Shown: in pieces, positions 60,527 through 64,000 of the stretch
Position numbering within the stretch: the stretch's first letter is position 1
How the letters are laid out: each line of letters begins with the position of its first letter
NCBI GenBank assembly: GCA_041489255.1
Contig: JBGPQV010000002.1
Location: 64,001 to 128,000 of the forward strand
Direction of reading: 5' to 3'
DNA length: 64,000 nucleotides
Source of the DNA: Thermoplasmata archaeon
Lineage (GTDB): Archaea > Thermoplasmatota > Thermoplasmata > RBG-16-68-12 > JAFNFQ01
Program-made: the position numbers and the translations under genes
Notes under the pieces: generated by a model
Told to the model about the DNA's origin: nothing
The model's database searches: none
The model's input: the letters and a program-made list of their open reading frames with translations, nothing else

Positions 60527-63500
60527 GTGTCCGGCGTCTTGCTCGCTTCGTTAATCGGCTTCGCCAAGAATGTCTCGAGCATGGACGTGCCGCCAGAGGT
60601 CGTCTCCGTCTCGCCGGGAGTCGACGCGACGAACGTCTCTGTCCTCGCGAACATCTCCGTCGTCTTCAACAAGCCGATGAACACGACGAGCGAGAAATGG
60701 AACATCACCCCATTCGTTCCTCTCAATTCCTCTTGGTGGGACACCTCGACGCTGAACCTTACGCACACGGTCCCGATGACGCCCGCGACCAGTTATGTGA
60801 TCTGGGTCACGGCGAACAACACGGCGGGCACCCCGCTGAGGCGCTACTACCACAAGTACACGTGGCGGTTCACGACAGACTGCGGGGGCACCTGCGTCGT
60901 TCAGACCTCGCCCGCCGACGGCGACAGGAACGTGGATCTCACCGCCGCAATCGTCGTCAAGCTGAGTCTCCCGGCGGACACGGCCGCCATCTCGTTCTCG
61001 ATCGTGCCGGTCGTTCCGGGCCTGACCTACACATGGGCGCCAGGGAACACCATGGTGACGCTGAACCACCCCATGCCTCTGGAGCGCTGCACGGCGTACA
61101 CGGTGACCGTCGGCGGAGTCGTTCCAGGTTCGGTCCCGAACCCGTGGACATTCACTACCGCCTGCCCCGGCGCCACCTTCATCGACGTCGCGGCGAGCAA
61201 GGGCTTCAACGGGATCGACGGCAGCTTCTATGCCTGGGGGGATTACAACCGCGACGGGAACGAGGACATTCTGATCGACGGCAAGAGGCTGCTCAGGAAC
61301 AACGGCCCGCCGAACTACGACTTCACCGAGGTGACCAGTCAAGCGGCCATCGGAGGAACAACGATCAACAACGGCGTCTGGGGCGACTACAACAACGACG
61401 GCTGGCTCGACTTCTACGCCCCCGGCGGTGGTTGGAGCACCAACGCAAACACGAAAGCTCCCTGGGACATACTCTGGATGAACAACGGCGACGGGACCTT
61501 CACCAACGTCACCGCCGCGGCGGGGACCGTCAAGGACATCTATCCCTCCGTTGCAGCGGGCTGGGGAGACTACGACAGAGACGGCTTCATAGACCTTTAT
61601 GTGGCGAACTACGAGAACGCCGGGATGACCTCAGGGTATCCCGACAGGCTCTGGCACAATGATGGCGATGGCACCTTCACGGACGTGACGAGTTCCGCCC
61701 GCATCCTCGACTCGGGACCGGTGAAGCCTGGGCGCGGAGTCGCCTGGGGCGACTACAACAACGACGGCTGGCTCGACGCCTACATCGGCAACTATCGCAT
61801 CACCGCCAACTACCTGTGGAAGAACCGGGGGAACGGTCAGTTCGTCGATGTCGCGGAGGACCTCAACGCGACCGGCTGGTATCAGACCGACAATCTCTGT
61901 TACGATTACACATTGCACGCAACATACGGGCGGCAGTATGCGCACACGATCGGGTCCGCCTGGGCCGACTTCGACAACGACGGAGACATCGACAATTTCA
62001 ACGCTAATCTGGCGCACAAGTCCGTCGGGAACACATCTATTCCCGGTCTCCCTTACGACATGCGCGGCTACATCACTGACGATTCACGTCTATTCAGAAA
62101 CGATGGCCCGCCGAACTACAACTTCACCGACGTCAGGGAGGCCGCAGGGATCAAGTTGAAACCCGTTGGCGGCACTACCGCTGACCTCGTCGACAGTCCG
62201 CTGGCGCCCTGTATCCACAATGCGTACAAAGGGGACGAACTGTTCAGCAACGTGATGTGGGCCGACTACGACCTCGATGGATGGCAGGACCTTTGGATAC
62301 CGCAAGTCTACAACATCAGCTACGCGTATTCGTTCCTCTATCACAACAATGGCGACGGTACGTTCTCCGATGTCACCACAGCCGCAAACGTCCGTGTTTG
62401 GGTCGACGGCTATGCCGGCGCTTGGGCAGACTACAACAACGACGGATTCCCGGATCTCGTCACGAGGGGGATCTACCCTGAATACAAGTCTCCCTACGCG
62501 CGCGCAATCCGGCTCTTCGAGAACCAGGGGAACACGAACTCGTGGCTGCAGGTGAAGCTGAATGGCTGCACCAGCAACGCCGCCGCAATCGGAGCCCGCG
62601 TCCTCGCCACGGCCAACGGCATGACCCAGATGAGGAACGTCGAGGCTGGCTCGGGCAGTCATTCCCAGATGAACTCCCTGGTGCAGGAGTTCGGGTTCGG
62701 CGACTATCACGGGACGGCAGACCTCCTGATCCGCTGGCCCAATAATAACACGCAGGCAGTGAATGCCGTGACCCTCAACCAGCTGCTGCGCGTGAACGAG
62801 CCAGGTTGCAACGTCCCCGCCAAGGTTCCCTATGTGTCCGCGGCGATCCCCGCCGGGCTCGGGGCAGATGTGGTCCTGAACTGGGAGAAGGCGATGGGCG
62901 ACGATCCCTGGGCAATGAACGTCACCGAGTATGCAATCTACTTCGGTCTCTCGTACGACCCCAGCGCAGTCTCATACAGCTTCCTGGGCAAGGTGCCTGC
63001 GGGGACGACGATCTTCACTCACCTCGGCGGTGGTGTCGGCGATCCTAGAACGTATTATTACTCGATACAGACGAACGGCACAGGCGGAACGATCCGCAGC
63101 GTCGCACAGGCGGTGAAGTTCGCCAAGCAACTCTCGCCCGGCGAGCAGCTTCTCTCGATACCGGTGCCGATCTCGAACTACTCTCTGGAGAGCGTCCTCA
63201 GGGGAGTCTCGTTCACCCACGTCCGAATCTACGACGGAGCCCTGCAAGATCCGTGGTTGTCCTACGCCCGAGGCCGCCAGTTCAACGACTGCGACACTTT
63301 CTCAACGTACCAAGCATTCTGGATCGATGTTGCGGGTGGACCCCTCCCGGTCTACTTCACGGTGGCGGGTCCGGTTCTGCCCGCAGCCACCATCCATCTG
63401 AGCGCCGGCTGGAACCTTGTCGGATACGCGTCGACCCTGTCCAGGGACGTCGCGAGCGCGGTTGCGGGACTCGGCGGCAACTTCAGGGCGATGGAGGGCT

Positions 63501-63625
63501 ACGACTCCTTCGCGGCGCCGTACTTCCTCAAACGGATGGGACCGACCGATCCAATGATCGGAGGCGAGGGCTACTGGATCTATGTAGGTTCAGTCGCTGA
63601 CTGGACGCTTTCGTTCGCACCGTGA
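60527..63625 (+). CDS. Secreted FG-GAP/VCBS-repeat protein with ASPIC/UnbV (CRTAC1-like) and Ig-like (Big_5) domains
   Basis: Repeated WGDYNNDG.LD and N.GDGTF.DVT motifs, N..AIGARV, FGFG...IRWP; C-terminal GWNLVGY / GEGYWI domain. Confidence 0.88.
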   Translation: MSGVLLASLIGFAKNVSSMDVPPEVVSVSPGVDATNVSVLANISVVFNKPMNTTSEKWNITPFVPLNSSWWDTSTLNLTHTVPMTPATSYVIWVTANNTAGTPLRRYYHKYTWRFTTDCGGTCVVQTSPADGDRNVDLTAAIVVKLSLPADTAAISFSIVPVVPGLTYTWAPGNTMVTLNHPMPLERCTAYTVTVGGVVPGSVPNPWTFTTACPGATFIDVAASKGFNGIDGSFYAWGDYNRDGNEDILIDGKRLLRNNGPPNYDFTEVTSQAAIGGTTINNGVWGDYNNDGWLDFYAPGGGWSTNANTKAPWDILWMNNGDGTFTNVTAAAGTVKDIYPSVAAGWGDYDRDGFIDLYVANYENAGMTSGYPDRLWHNDGDGTFTDVTSSARILDSGPVKPGRGVAWGDYNNDGWLDAYIGNYRITANYLWKNRGNGQFVDVAEDLNATGWYQTDNLCYDYTLHATYGRQYAHTIGSAWADFDNDGDIDNFNANLAHKSVGNTSIPGLPYDMRGYITDDSRLFRNDGPPNYNFTDVREAAGIKLKPVGGTTADLVDSPLAPCIHNAYKGDELFSNVMWADYDLDGWQDLWIPQVYNISYAYSFLYHNNGDGTFSDVTTAANVRVWVDGYAGAWADYNNDGFPDLVTRGIYPEYKSPYARAIRLFENQGNTNSWLQVKLNGCTSNAAAIGARVLATANGMTQMRNVEAGSGSHSQMNSLVQEFGFGDYHGTADLLIRWPNNNTQAVNAVTLNQLLRVNEPGCNVPAKVPYVSAAIPAGLGADVVLNWEKAMGDDPWAMNVTEYAIYFGLSYDPSAVSYSFLGKVPAGTTIFTHLGGGVGDPRTYYYSIQTNGTGGTIRSVAQAVKFAKQLSPGEQLLSIPVPISNYSLESVLRGVSFTHVRIYDGALQDPWLSYARGRQFNDCDTFSTYQAFWIDVAGGPLPVYFTVAGPVLPAATIHLSAGWNLVGYASTLSRDVASAVAGLGGNFRAMEGYDSFAAPYFLKRMGPTDPMIGGEGYWIYVGSVADWTLSFAP

Positions 63626-63812
63626 CCGATCCAGATTGAGCGAGAAAAGGGCAACTGTTCGATGCTCGTGCCAAATCCGATATATCTGCACGCCGGATTG
63701 CTTAATCAAGAAGGTTTGAGGAGGGGACGAGGTCCCACTGGCCTATCAAGCGCTGGCGATGGGCGGGGGAGTATCGCCATCCTCACTCCTTCCTAATTTC
63801 GGGTTGAGGAAC

Positions 63813-64000
63813 ATGAGGAGCTTGACGAGAGGATCGCTGGCCGTGCTGGTCGCGTTGGTGATGACCATCCAGGTGGGCGTCAGATCAATGCCGTCAGTCA
63901 CCGCGAATGGGAACGAGGGCCACATCTGGCTCGATTGCGATCCAGGAGCTAGGGCGCGCGGCGGCGGCTGGCAGGCCGGCGGAGTTGTATGCTTGCCCGG
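63813..64000 (+). CDS. Secreted protein, 5' end only (truncated by window edge)
   Basis: SD-like GAGGA, ATG, signal-peptide-like MRSLTRGSLAVLVALVMTIQV; open to the end of the window. Confidence 0.5.
   Translation, partial: MRSLTRGSLAVLVALVMTIQVGVRSMPSVTANGNEGHIWLDCDPGARARGGGWQAGGVVCLP

Overview
GC-rich archaeal chromosome segment, most consistent with Thermoplasmatota. Support: PolD DP2, SRP54, PCNA end, ftsZ-secE-spt5-rpl11, a CysRS with GWHIEDTA, gyrAB, an unlinked 5S rRNA gene and Thermoplasmata-style large surface proteins. The housekeeping and metabolic genes (ABC transporter, tdh/kbl, acyl-CoA dehydrogenase, AbfD-like dehydratase, folC, nth, cysS) are interspersed with an intact 1062-bp IS5-family element and several large secreted proteins. 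The IS has 17-bp TIRs, a 9-bp TSD and a -1 frameshifted transposase. The most notable anomalies are: (1) a 5S rRNA gene of about 189 nt carrying a 72-nt structured segment in its 3' domain; (2) a tRNA-Cys(GCA) with A73 instead of U73, near a CysRS whose KMSKS motif reads EMHKS; (3) a Cas2/VapD-like small gene inserted between spt5 and rpl11 and bracketed by related quasi-palindromic repeats; (4) a possible small-GTPase/KaiC signalling toolkit (Rab-like GTPase, 7TM protein with a longin/roadblock-like domain, GOLD-like protein, and a 1565-aa Zn-ribbon/TPR/Asn-Gly-repeat protein with a PEF-CTERM tail); (5) tandem ftsZ genes and an Spt5 with a long N-terminal extension. All calls come from reading motifs by eye; no searches were run.
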